Shown: one piece after another, positions 36,661-47,738 of the stretch | How positions within the stretch are numbered: position 1 is the stretch's first letter | Layout: every line of letters starts with the position of its first letter | Source of the DNA: an uncultured Mycoplasmatales bacterium | GTDB lineage: Bacteria; Bacillota_I; Bacilli_A; Mycoplasmatales; CGIF01 | Direction of reading: 5' to 3' | Assembly (NCBI GenBank): GCA_964250295.1 | Contig: CAXUEP010000001.1 | Coordinates: 60,989-124,988, forward strand | Length of the DNA: 64,000 nucleotides | Program-made: the position numbers and the translations under genes | The notes under the pieces: model-generated | Databases searched by the model: none | What the model was told of the DNA's origin: nothing | What the model saw: only the letters and a program-made list of their open reading frames with translations

Positions 36661-37533
36661 ATGATGACTAATAACAGTAAACAACAACAATCTCGTTCTC
36701 GTTCATTCCGCGAAGCAGTTGTTGTTTACTGAAAGCTAGTAAGATTCTACTTCTATAATTTATTAAGAAATGGCAATTATCTGTTGATTTCCCTCTACTT
36801 CGTGACCCCATTAGTTCCGCTACTCCTTGCTCCTTTCCTACTAACGCCTGGAGCACGCAAGGCATACCACGAAACAAAATCTAAAATTGAAAATATTCAA
36901 AATGAAGTTTCTTCAAGTACAAATTTATTAAGTCCTTTTGTGTTAAATGAGATACCAGAAAGAATAAGTAATGAGGTACCAGCTAGGTTACAATGGTTAG
37001 TTCTTGTGCGTAGTTTGATGGAAGATGAAGCGCTTCCCTGGGCGTTGCATATTTTCTTCTTTTTTAATATTGGATCAGCAGTAGTACAAAATTTATACTT
37101 GCTGGGAAGAAGAAATGTTAATAATGCAACTCCGCAGGAGGAAGATATTATTTCTTCTGTTGAGAAGATAAGGCCTTACGACATATTCTTTTTTGAAGCT
37201 ACTTTCTTATTGCTAGTTCAGTTATTACACCTTGTTCTTGTAATTTCAACATGTTCTCTCTATAGAAGATTATCAGCAGAAAATCTCCGCTCACTCTCTA
37301 AATATGACCTTGTACTTTATATTCAGAAATTTTCTGTCTCTTGAATTTCAAGTATAATTTGTGGGATTTTGATTTCCTTTAAAACACTTTCTATCAAGAG
37401 ATTTCTTAAAGAATCTCTTAAACTTAGTACTAGTGACCGGCAGGTTGAAATATTTAGTAGAGTTATGTTAACTTTCGCCGGCTTACAGGGTTGTTATTTT
37501 AACTATAGGAAGACAAAGGCACTTCGTAGCTAA
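36661..37533 (+). CDS. Membrane protein, probable ABC permease partner
   Basis: Code-4 ORF directly after the ATPase; several hydrophobic segments. Confidence 0.55.
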
Positions 37534-37623
37534 TAACATATTTCGGGGGAAGTCATTCTTTTGGAAAACGTTTCCTAGTTTATGGAATTTGAATGAAAAC
37601 GAGCTGCAATTTTTTAGGCTTAA

Positions 37624-38037
37624 ATGATGAATATTTATAAAAAGATTTTTGCAATCCAAAGTGAGATTGGAAATTTGGTTAAGGATGAGTTGAATAAGTT
37701 TCAGAGGTACCAATACTTTAATGAATACCAGGTTCTAACCAAGTTAAAACCACTCCTTGAAAAGTATGGACTCACATTACTGATGAGTGATGAAAACCAT
37801 GTTCTAGAGTACTCTAGAGAGGAAAAGGAATATCTTGTTAAATATCTAAAAAAGATAAGAATAGTAAATACAGAAACTACTAATGAAGAAAGTATTGATT
37901 TTAACTTCTGGGCAGTTGGTGGAAACACTGACTTGGCAAAAGCGAAGGGTAGTGCAGAAACCTATGCTGTTAAATATTTCCTAAGTAAGTTCTTTCTCAT
38001 TCCAGTGGCTGATCAGCTTGACCCTGATAGATTCTAA
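37624..38037 (+). CDS. ERF-family single-strand annealing protein
   Basis: KDELNKFQRYQY..LKPLLEKYGL and KAKGSAETYAVKYFLSKFFLIP..DPD (ERF signature). Confidence 0.85.
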   Translation: MMNIYKKIFAIQSEIGNLVKDELNKFQRYQYFNEYQVLTKLKPLLEKYGLTLLMSDENHVLEYSREEKEYLVKYLKKIRIVNTETTNEESIDFNFWAVGGNTDLAKAKGSAETYAVKYFLSKFFLIPVADQLDPDRF

Positions 38038-38247
38038 CTAGACAACTAAAAAGTTTTTTGAAGTTCTGGTTTAAGGAAGGCCGAATGTAAACGGCAGTAA
38101 AGCCCCTACCGGTATTCGCAGAGCTGCAAGCAGAAAGCCAAAAACCATTCAGTGGTACAATTTTTAAAATTGACAAACCCAGAAGAAAATGTAAGTATTA
38201 CTTCCAGGGGTTTTATATAATATTACTTCCTAACTAACTAGAAAAAA

Positions 38248-38907
38248 CTACCTTCTGCTCTTTAGTTTCTTTTCTTCCCTTAGTTTACGCTTATTAAGAT
38301 AGATTAACAGACTTCGTGGTTTTCCTATTTCAATAATCCTGCTGATATCGAGTACTGAGATCTTCTTAGAAAGTAAAAGCAGAATCTGTTCCTTCTTGCT
38401 ATCATATATCGAATGCTGAATTGTTCCCCTGGCTTTTCCTATACTTCCTCCCTGCTTCTTCCTGACTAAGAGTACCTCTCTAACCCGTAGGGAGGTAATA
38501 TCCTTTTCCAGTGAGGTTAGCATCGAGAAAAGTGTCAGAACTTTCTTACTCTCAGTAGCTAAGTCTAAACTAAAATCTTGTTTAGTAAAGATAATTCTTA
38601 CTCTGTTTCTGAGGAGTTGGTTAACTAGTCCTATAGTCTCTGAAGTTGACCTTCCCAGTCTTGAAATTTCGCTGGAAACTAGAATACTACCTTCTGGGGT
38701 ACTAAATAACCCTTCAATTCTTTTCCGGTCTAGGGATTTGTCGGTGGAGATTTCCACTTCAATTCATTTATCAATGTTAAGTTCACGTGTTCGGCAGTAC
38801 TCGAGAATTTCTAGTTTCTGGTTCACTACAACTTGTTCATCATTTGAAGTCCTAATATAGCCAATTGTTAATGACTTTGCGGTTCTGTTTTTTTTAATTT
38901 TGTTCAT
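38248..38907 (-). CDS. Serine recombinase (resolvase/invertase family), copy 1
   Basis: N-terminus via TGA readthrough: GYIRTSNDEQ; SEISRLGRS; C-terminal HTH-like region. Confidence 0.85.
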
Positions 38908-39023
38908 TTTCCCGGTGCACAGTTTCTATGCTAGAGTTTTACTTGTTTATTTTAAATTCTTACTGAGTAGTTTGAAGCAGTAAAGATTCGGAAGTAAATG
39001 ATAAATACAAAACTTTATGCTAA

Positions 39024-39066
39024 CTAAACCCCTTTGGTTTGTTGTTTAACAAAAAGAGGGGTTTAG
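39024..39066. repeat. Inverted repeat in inter-recombinase spacer
   Basis: CTAAACCCCT ... AGGGGTTTAG perfect 10-bp arms. Confidence 0.7.
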
Positions 39067-39735
39067 AGTATTCTCCAAATTTAAACTCAGAATCCAAAGA
39101 TTAGTGAAGCACTAGTGTACTGTGTACTTTTTAAGGTGTATTAGTGTACATATAGAAGTTTACAAAATGCCCATTTAAACAGCAAAAACTATATAAACAT
39201 CAACATGGTCATTTTTTTTAAAATAGTGATGTCTTCACTCTGAACAATGTTTTTTACTAGAGAGTTACTAGCTAGTTAGTCACCTTTGTATAACTGTTTA
39301 TTAAGGATAAATGGAAGTCGTTTTATAGGTAGTGTCATTCTTAGCTCTTTAAATTCAAAAGACTCCCTCTAACTTACTAAAAAGAAACAAACTAACTTTT
39401 TTTAATAAAAGAGTCAACCAGTGAACCACACCGGGTGGTTTTTGTAAATACTCCGGTTCACTAAGGAGTGAAAAAGTCAGTGGGGAAGAACATGCACTAA
39501 CTATCTACTACTACTAAGTAATTTAAGTTTATGGTTTAAGTATGTATGTAAGTTTTGATCTTTTAGCTTAGTATAAATCAAAACTGCCCCTTAGAATGAT
39601 TGAATAGTTGCTTCTTTAGATATTTTGTATATAAACAAAAAAAGAATTCATTTAGAAGCACTTTTTTCCAGAAAATTATTAATGATAAGCAAGTGTGGTT
39701 ATTCGGTAGCTTTTTGCTGGTGTTATCCTCAGTAC

Positions 39736-40410
39736 CTAATGAGGATTATAGAGTTGTTTTTTTAAAAAACCCCTTTTTGCTAAGTATACTGAGAGCGACC
39801 TGGTTTTCCCTTCACCAATTAACCTAATGATTGAAGGTAGTGAAATGTCCGCTGTGAGGTATTTACTGATCTCTGGTAAGTGTCTATCATAGATAGACTT
39901 ATGAAGACTTCCTGTTCTTCTCCCACCAATTCTTCCCTCTGAACGTGCAGCAAGTAGCCCTTCTCTTGTACGAATTGAAATTAGATCTCTTTCCAGGCGG
40001 GCCATTACTGAAAACATCCCAATTTGCATGTTTAGGTTAGCCTGGGCATATGGATCACTACGACGGGCGGTGTCTATTCCGTTGTTAATCAGAATAATTC
40101 TTACTTTCTTCCTTAGCAAATTATCTACAAACTGAACAACTTCTGCTAGGTTCCTCCCTAATCTTGATAACTCAACGGCAATTAGCACATCACCGACTAC
40201 TAGTTCATCTTCCAGTTCCTTCATTTTCCGTAAAACCATTGATTTGCGGGAACTCATTTCAACTTCTAAATAGAGGTCAACTTCTAGTTTATTTGCTTTC
40301 ACGTAGTTTGTAATCTCATGTCGCTGTGACTTTAAGTCCTGGTAAGCAGTGGAGACCCGTAGGTAAGCAATTGTTCTAGATTTCTTTTGTTTGTTCTTGT
40401 CAGTAGTCAT
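39736..40410 (-). CDS. Serine recombinase (resolvase/invertase family), copy 2
   Basis: AYLRVST, ELSRLGRN, LERDLISIRTREGL, GGR. Confidence 0.92.
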   Translation of the reverse strand: MTTDKNKQKKSRTIAYLRVSTAYQDLKSQRHEITNYVKANKLEVDLYLEVEMSSRKSMVLRKMKELEDELVVGDVLIAVELSRLGRNLAEVVQFVDNLLRKKVRIILINNGIDTARRSDPYAQANLNMQIGMFSVMARLERDLISIRTREGLLAARSEGRIGGRRTGSLHKSIYDRHLPEISKYLTADISLPSIIRLIGEGKTRSLSVYLAKRGFLKKQLYNPH

Positions 40411-40450
40411 TCTAGTGGGGGTAGTTAGAAGTTTTTCCTAGAAAGTTTTC

Positions 40451-41569
40451 CTATTTACTAGCTTCGCTTTTTATCACCTTAATGAAATTAACTACTTTAT
40501 TCTCAGTTTCAAGGATGATCAGTTTCTGGCAGAGTTCTTCTAATTCTCCTGTAATTACTGAATTAAGTTTATTTATAGTTAAACTGAGACGGTGGTCAGT
40601 AACCCGGTTCTGCGGATAGTTATAGGTTCTAATCTTCTCTGCTCTTTCACTATTCCCAATTGCAGAATTTCTGATTGAACCAAGTTGACCTTCCTGTTCA
40701 CTCCTGTACTTCTCAAATAAACGGCTACGTAGAATAAGAAAAGCCTTCTCTTTATTATCGTGTTGACTTCTTCCGTCCTGTGAAACTGCCGAGATTCCTG
40801 TGGGTAGGTGGGTAATCCTGATTGCTGAATCTGTAGTATTCACATGCTGACCACCAGCACCTGATGAACGGTAGGTGTCAACTCTAAGATCCTTATTTTC
40901 AAGTTTCACTGCCACCTCGGTAACCTCGGGAAGTACTACAACACTTGTTGTTGATGTTTGAATTCTCCCCTTATTTTCTGTTAGGGGAATTCTTTGGACA
41001 CGATGAATACCAGCCTCGTTTTTTATGTAGCTGAATGCACCACTCCCCTTTAGCAGGAATGAAATGAAGGAAAGATTACCTAGGATATCAGCACGATTTT
41101 CCAGAACTTCGATCTTCCATTTCTTACTTTCAGCGAACTTGTAGTACATCTGAAAGAGATCACGAGCAAACAATCCTGCTTCAACCCCTCCAACTCCTGG
41201 TCTAATCTCAACTAAACAGTTATCTCTAGTACTAACCTCACTGCTGATTATATCAATTGCTTTTGTTCTAAGTAGTTTCTTTTCCAGTTTAAGCTTATCA
41301 AATTCTTCCTGCAGTAAATCATACTCAGTAGTTGTTACTTCTTTTAACACTTCTTCATACTCCCTACTTTCTTCTTGCAGGGCTGCGTATTCCTGTTTAA
41401 GTAGGTAGAGGGGTTTTAGTTTACTATCAATTTCTTTACTTAGAGAAGGATTCTGGAAACAATTAGTAGCTTGTTTTTTCCTATACAAGTGTTCAATGTC
41501 CAGGAGGAAGCTCCTAAACTCCCCTTCGTTTAGAAATTTGCCCCTGGGTAAGTTGTCAGCTTTGTTCAT
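40451..41569 (-). CDS. prfA: Peptide chain release factor 1
   Basis: GAGGQHVN, HRVQRIPLT (PxT), IRTYNYPQNRVTDHR. Confidence 0.95.
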   Translation of the reverse strand: MNKADNLPRGKFLNEGEFRSFLLDIEHLYRKKQATNCFQNPSLSKEIDSKLKPLYLLKQEYAALQEESREYEEVLKEVTTTEYDLLQEEFDKLKLEKKLLRTKAIDIISSEVSTRDNCLVEIRPGVGGVEAGLFARDLFQMYYKFAESKKWKIEVLENRADILGNLSFISFLLKGSGAFSYIKNEAGIHRVQRIPLTENKGRIQTSTTSVVVLPEVTEVAVKLENKDLRVDTYRSSGAGGQHVNTTDSAIRITHLPTGISAVSQDGRSQHDNKEKAFLILRSRLFEKYRSEQEGQLGSIRNSAIGNSERAEKIRTYNYPQNRVTDHRLSLTINKLNSVITGELEELCQKLIILETENKVVNFIKVIKSEASK

Positions 41570-41586
41570 TCATTATACTTTATTAC

Positions 41587-42564
41587 CTAGATTGTTTCAT
41601 CATGAATTTTCCCAACTAGCGAGCCAAGAATATCTTTCAGGGTAACAATTCCAACAATTTCCTTATCATTACCACTTCTAACAAATGCAAAATAGTTACG
41701 TGACTTTTTCAGCTTTTCGAGCGCTACACTCAGCTTTGTTGTGTTGTCGAGAAATGTAACTTTCCTGTTAATGTAGAGTTTTCAGTTCACTGTTCTTCCC
41801 CCCCTGAGAAGTGGGGGGATTAAACTCTTAATATTAAAGATACCAGTTATTTTCTGTTTACCATCAAAAACAGGATATTTTGTAAGGTTCTTATCTAGGC
41901 AGAACTTGGTAACTTCATTTGTCTGCATTGAAGAGCTAAGAGAAACTATTTCCTTTAGGGGGATCATTACGTTTGTAATATCCTTATCATCCATACTAAA
42001 AGCTAGCTTAACAAGCTTTGCCTCACTTGGTTCAATTAGGAGAATTTCCTTGGAAGTTAGATTATTGATGAACCTAATTAAATCTTCTTCGTTATATGTA
42101 AAAAACTTTTTGCGTTCTCTCAGAATAAACTTTAGCGGTGAAAAAATTACAGTTATTAAATAGGCAGTGTTAAGTAGAAAACTATTTAGGATAAGTGTTT
42201 TAAAGCTTTCCCTACTAGCAACATAGTTGGAAAAAACTTCGGTTATTATTACAGTAGTAAAAGTTGAAAAGAGGATAGTAAGTACTTTTCAACTACCTAG
42301 TTTAAAATTGTCAATTACTCCTTCGAGGGCTCTACTCCGGAAGTATTCAATTAAAGCTTGGATAAAACAAGTGGATATGAAAAAAAGATAGTTGTTCTTG
42401 AGAACAAATGTAAGTTTTTTCATCCTACCATCATTCTCGTTTCTGTTCTTGATTATATCTACTTTAAATAAGTCAATGTTTGAAAAAAGCAGAACAATGA
42501 AATTAAGGAAAGCAGAAGTTAATAAGAGTAGGAGGAAAAGAAAATAAAAATTTGTCCTTCACAT
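41587..42564 (-). CDS. CNNM/CorC-like membrane protein with CBS domains
   Basis: N-terminal TM segments, ITNVMIP, TKYPV, GIVTLKDIL..LVGKIHDE. Confidence 0.75.
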
Positions 42565-42580
42565 ATATTGTCTAAAACTG

Positions 42581-42931
42581 TTAATTGCTTTTTATTAATT
42601 CTTCTATTCTATTAATTTCTTCAAGCTTCTTATCAACAAGAAACATAAGATGGGGAATTTTACGAAATCTTCTAGTAGAAGCAAGCATATGGCTAACTAT
42701 TGAAGTATATTTCTTATTGAAAGTCTCTAGTAGTTTCCTCTCTTCTTCCTTCTTTTCTGAGAAAGAAACATATATTTTCAGTGTTTGAAACTTCCTATCT
42801 ACCTTACAGTAACTAATTGGTAGCGGGGGTAGTTCTTCCTCCCGTATCAACTGGTAAACAGCCCTTCTTACCTCCCGTTCATATAATGCTTCTGTTCTCT
42901 TCTGTTGGATTGTTAGTTCGTAGTGTTTCAT
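42581..42931 (-). CDS. rbfA: Ribosome-binding factor A
   Basis: RKIPHLMFLVD..RIEELI; immediately downstream of infB. Confidence 0.75.
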   Translation of the reverse strand: MKHYELTIQQKRTEALYEREVRRAVYQLIREEELPPLPISYCKVDRKFQTLKIYVSFSEKKEEERKLLETFNKKYTSIVSHMLASTRRFRKIPHLMFLVDKKLEEINRIEELIKSN

Positions 42932-42944
42932 TTTTCCATCCTGT

Positions 42945-44762
42945 CTACTCCTCATCAATAAGTGAATAAGCTATAATATGGTCACCAATCTCAAACTCAG
43001 TAAAATTATTCAGAACAATTCCACATTCCTGATTTTTACTTACTTCTTTAACATTATTACGATCACTCTGTAAACTTCCTATTTTACTGCTAGAAATTTG
43101 CTTACCCCTCCTAAATAGATTAACGGATGAGTTTCTACTAACTGTACCACTGATAACCTGGCAACCAGAGATTTTGCCAACTTTTGAGTATGAAAAGATC
43201 TTCTTTACTTCTGCAATCCCGAGGATTCTTTCAACTTTTTTCTTCTCCTGTAATGATCTTGCAACCTTTCCTAAACTATCACTAATGTGGTAAATTACCG
43301 AGCCTCCTGACCACTCTATTTCATTATCACGAAGATCCTTTATCCGCTGTTGATTTAACTTAATGTTAAAGAGTAAAACTAGGCTTTCTGTTATCTTTGC
43401 TAGGTTTATTATTGATTCATTAACATCGCTAACTTCTGCCTGTATAACATTAAAGATAACTTCTTCTGTTTCATTATCATTACTGATTCGTACCAGGGCT
43501 TCCAGCGAACTCTGGGAGTCTGCTAGTAGTATTAAGTTAACAACCTTTTTCTTTGAGAAAAGATCCTGCTTTGCTGACAGCAAGCTTATATTCCTACCAC
43601 TTTCTAGATGGGCAGGAATTATTCTCCTAATTTTCTTAACAAGATTCCTATCCTCAAGTACAAGGAAGCTATCACCTGGCTCCGCTTGAAAACTTAGCCC
43701 AGAAACCTGTACAATCTCACCTGGTGTAATTTCTTCACGCTCCTTCCTTGTAAAATCATTAATCCTCCGGATTTTTCCATACTCACTACCAATAAAGAGA
43801 TTCGCTCCCTTCTTTAGTGTTCCTTCCCTTAGTAGAATTGTGTTGATCGCTCCCTCCTTATTGTTGATGTAACTATCCAAAACAGTCCCCCCAGCAATGC
43901 CTTCTCTAACAGCTTTCCAGTCACAAATTTCCTCCATAAGAAGAATGTTTTCAAGTAACTCATTAGTACTAGTCTGGTCAACAGCACTCCCAGTGACAGT
44001 TATTGTTTCACCACCCCAGTCAGCCGGAACTAAACTATGTTCTTGTAGTTGTGATTTGATCCTGTTGACTTTTTCTTCTAAATTACCACTTTTATGCTTA
44101 TCATTGATGAAAACAATTGTAGGGAGCTTATACTTATGTATGTGGTTGATAACTTCAACAGTCTGTGGCATTACTCCATCATCAGCTGCAATTACTAACA
44201 TAACTAGGTCCGTAAAGGCCGCCCCCCTTTCTCTCATCGCAAGGAAAATGCTGTGTCCTGGTATATCAAGGAAATTAATTTTCCTTCCCCTGAACTCGAC
44301 GGGATAAACACTAATTCGCTGTGTAATCCCCCCTTCTTCTAGCTGCTGATTTCTAGTTCCACAAATTGTATCAAGAGTTGTTGATTTGCCATGGTCAACA
44401 TGACCCATTACACTTACAACTGGAATTCTTGCAGTTTTCTCAGTAGTGGTTGAACTGTTAGTTCTTAGGTACTCATTGATAATCTGGTTTACACTGGACT
44501 TTTCCCTCGGAACTACTCTAATCCGTCTACTTTTGCAATATTCTTCAATAAGTGTAAGACTCAGTGGTTGGTTCTTGGTAATATTTCTCCCACTTTTCCA
44601 GAAGAATGCAATGATCAAACTAGCAGAAATCCGGAGTGTTTTGGCTAATTCATCAACAGTTAGCTCTGGTAAGTAACACTCTAGAACATCCTTCCTAAGT
44701 TCTAATCTTTTGCCTAGTCTATCCTGCAGAAAGTCAACTAGCTCTTCTTCGCGTTTTCTCAT
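42945..44762 (-). CDS. infB: Translation initiation factor IF-2
   Basis: MGHVDHGKS, DIPGH, AADDGVMPQT, ECGI. Confidence 0.95.
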   Translation of the reverse strand: MRKREEELVDFLQDRLGKRLELRKDVLECYLPELTVDELAKTLRISASLIIAFFWKSGRNITKNQPLSLTLIEEYCKSRRIRVVPREKSSVNQIINEYLRTNSSTTTEKTARIPVVSVMGHVDHGKSTTLDTICGTRNQQLEEGGITQRISVYPVEFRGRKINFLDIPGHSIFLAMRERGAAFTDLVMLVIAADDGVMPQTVEVINHIHKYKLPTIVFINDKHKSGNLEEKVNRIKSQLQEHSLVPADWGGETITVTGSAVDQTSTNELLENILLMEEICDWKAVREGIAGGTVLDSYINNKEGAINTILLREGTLKKGANLFIGSEYGKIRRINDFTRKEREEITPGEIVQVSGLSFQAEPGDSFLVLEDRNLVKKIRRIIPAHLESGRNISLLSAKQDLFSKKKVVNLILLADSQSSLEALVRISNDNETEEVIFNVIQAEVSDVNESIINLAKITESLVLLFNIKLNQQRIKDLRDNEIEWSGGSVIYHISDSLGKVARSLQEKKKVERILGIAEVKKIFSYSKVGKISGCQVISGTVSRNSSVNLFRRGKQISSSKIGSLQSDRNNVKEVSKNQECGIVLNNFTEFEIGDHIIAYSLIDEE

Positions 44763-44787
44763 TAAGTTTTCCTACCAACCTCTTTAT

Positions 44788-45939
44788 TTATTTTTTCTCG
44801 AAATTTATTTCTTTTTGTCTAGAACTAAAAAGACTCTTTTGTGATTCGTAATCACTGAAACTGATATTACCATTCCAAACAATAACATTACTCTCATCTT
44901 GTGACTTTTCAAAACTTCTGATATGTAACTTAATTCCAAGATATTCTTCAATCCTCTGGATTATCTTCCCGCCACCATGGAGTGCCAAGGACATTCTGCA
45001 TTCGGGGGTGAATAGTACTCATTTCTGCTCACTCTCTTCAACAATTGAAATTACTTCAACTGGTGAGATAAGGTTGAAGAGTAACTTTCTCTTGTTTTCA
45101 TTCCAGGCAACAAGGTCAATTCTTTCCCTTCTTACTTCCTTAATAATGCTCTTGATACGTGCTCCCTGTTTACCAATGCAAGCACCCACTGGATCAATTC
45201 GTGGATTCTCTGAACCTACAATAACCTTGCTGGCTAAACCAGGAGTACGGAGAACTTTTCTGATTTCTATAATCCCCTCCTTTATCTCTGGAATCTCAAG
45301 CTCAAAAAGTTTACGGAGAAAACTCTCACCTCTTCTAGAAAGCACCAGTTGTCTTAAATCAGCCTTCTCCTGAACTTCAACAAGCAAGAAGCGCATGTTC
45401 TTACCCAGGTAGTTCTTATCTTCAAAGTTCCATTCTTTCTTATCCCAGTAGCCAAGTCCCTTCCCCAAGTTAATTATGCAGAAGTTTTCCTGGATACTTT
45501 GGATATGACCAGTTACAATCTCTCCCCTAAGAGGTAGGAAGTTGTAATACTGCTTCTCCTTTCTTATCTCTTGAATAAACTTCTCAATGTTCTTCCTAAT
45601 TCTGTACGCAATGAACTTTGGAAGGTTCTTCAGATCAATAGGAAGGAATGCCCTATCGTTGACAACTTTTATACCATTGTTCAGGCGTTCATCATTACTT
45701 GCAACCTCGTTGTCTGGATTATTTACTTCCTGGACAACTTCATAGGCTTTGTAGGCAGTAAAGCTCTCCTTTGCAGTGTTAAAACAAATTTCTACACTCT
45801 TATCTTTCTCTTGTCCACCATAGGCATCCTTGAAGGACTGGGTAATGATCTCAATTACTCTTGCAGGTTCAATACCTTCCCTCTTTGCAAGCTGACTTAC
45901 CAGTTCATAAGTATTTTCTGTTATGAAGTTTTTCATCAT
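44788..45939 (-). CDS. nusA: Transcription factor NusA
   Basis: LFELEIPEI, DPVGACIGKQGARI; joined through TGA 45019. Confidence 0.92.
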
Positions 45940-46125
45940 TCCTTTTTCCTTTCTTGCAAATGCTCCTAAAGTGTGTGTTATTTTCTCACTAGATTCAGAG
46001 TATGTAAACTACAGAAAAACTAAGTATTTACAGAAGTTTAGCCTTTCTACTTTCAACTATAGAAGACCCATTGTCTTCACTAGAATTTGAATAAATTCAA
46101 GTCTAAAAATGGGTGATTTGGCTCC

Positions 46126-46524
46126 CTATCTTCCGGCAATGTAGTTTTTAAGTCAAGTTCAAATTGAAAACATACTCTGTTTAAGATTTTCAAAATCGTA
46201 GCTACTGTCAGGAAATTTCATCTCACTGGAAAGACTTAGAACAACTTTTGCTACTATACAAGCCGTTAAAACCCAGCAAAACATTCTAAGAATGTACTGC
46301 AGAGCACTAATGATCCAACCAAGAAACCAGCGGAAAAAATAAACTACCAGAATTATTATAATAAGCTTTACTAAACTGGATTCGGAAAGCTCCAATCTTA
46401 CTCGTTGTCACTGTTCGGCAATGAATCCTGAAAATCATTTCACAGAGGGTATGAAGACCTTGGGTATGAAGACCTCCCGGAAGTCATTTATTAATTTTTG
46501 TAAGTCTGCTATTAGTTCTGACAT
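46126..46524 (-). CDS. Hypothetical membrane protein
   Basis: Code-4 ORF from ATG 46524; two hydrophobic segments. Confidence 0.5.
46447..46475. repeat. Direct repeat GGGTATGAAGACCT x2 (15-bp period)
   Basis: Seen directly; in-frame VFIP duplication. Confidence 0.8.
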
Positions 46525-46908
46525 TTTGTTGTTATATAAGCTTCGTGTTTACATTACAGTTCAGCACAGTGAAAACCTGAAGTACTGACTTTTCACATGC
46601 TACATGTTATCATTTTAATACATATGGTGACTACAAAGTCCTGTTACTTACCAGAGAATGAGTTCTAGTTTGTTAGTTTATCTAATGTTCTAAGTACTTT
46701 TCCTAAAGTATAGGAAATTTAGGTAGTTAGTAAAGTTTTTTCATCTCCTAGATTCTGTAAAAAATGAAAAGATTAAACCCTGCGGAGAATTTTAAAAAGT
46801 CTCTCTTGTATAAAATTAACCCAATGAAATAGAGCTTTGTAAATAAGCTATAAGTTAAAATAGTAGTCTTGTTCTGACTCTAAAAAAAGGTAGTAAGGTA
46901 GTTGGTAT

Positions 46909-47538
46909 ATGTCATTCTTAGTTTCATTTGAAGGAATAGATGGTAGTGGAAAGAGTACCTTAATTGAGAAGCTAAGTAAAACTCTAGAAAACTCAATTGT
47001 AACAAGGGAACCCCGCGGGACTGCCCTTGGTTATAAAGTATGGGAAATGCTGAATGATTCTATCACCCAGAAAGGGTTAATTCAGGGTCAGTGAACGAAC
47101 TTCTTCCTCTTCCTAGCCTCACATAGCGAGCACCTAGAATCAGTAGTTAAACCACAACTTACAGCCGGAAAAACAGTAATCATTGATCGTTATATTGACA
47201 GTACTTTTGTTTACCAGGGTCTTAACAAAAAGCTTGGTATTGAAAAAATCAGGCAGCTCATGAAAAGTACAGTTGACTCCCCCTTCCCCCAAGTAACTTT
47301 TGTACTTGATATTAATCCTGTGAAAGCTCAGGAGCGGTTAAACAAACGCAGGGTTAAAACTGGTGAATTTACAAACTTTGATTCAATGGAGATCGAGTTC
47401 CACCAGAAAGTTCGTGGCTATTTCCACCAACTTAGGGAAGTTTTCCCTGAAAGAATTGAGATTATAGATGCAGATTGTTCTCCCAACCAAGTGTTTGGGA
47501 AAGTGGTTAGTATTCTCCAAAAAAGGCAGCTCATTTAG
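46909..47538 (+). CDS. tmk: Thymidylate kinase
   Basis: FEGIDGSGKST, TREP, IDRYIDS..YQG. Confidence 0.93.
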
Positions 47539-47738
47539 GGAAAGTAGAAAAGACTAGGAATACCCAAGTCTTTTAGGAGTAGGTAAAAGATGATTATCTT
47601 TCCTCCCTTAGGTACCACCTATATTCTCTATTCTTATCTTTGTGCTAGGGGATTTTTCAAGTAAGTCTAAATAATTGAAAATTTAGAATTAACTTCTAAC
47701 TCAGCAATGTCGGATCAATAACTTTAGGCTTAGTAATT

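Noticed and set aside
37446-37473. Second dif-like XerD arm (TTATGTTAACT) near the polarity switch
   Set aside because: Lies inside a coding region and the left arm lacks the expected ATAA end
43363-45969. Antisense ORFs over infB and nusA (and similar ones over dnaK, recA and pheT)
   Set aside because: Shadow frames of well-supported genes on the opposite strand
46700-46720. Partial similarity to an FRT arm (AAAGTATAGGAA)
   Set aside because: Short AT-rich match with no second arm; chance
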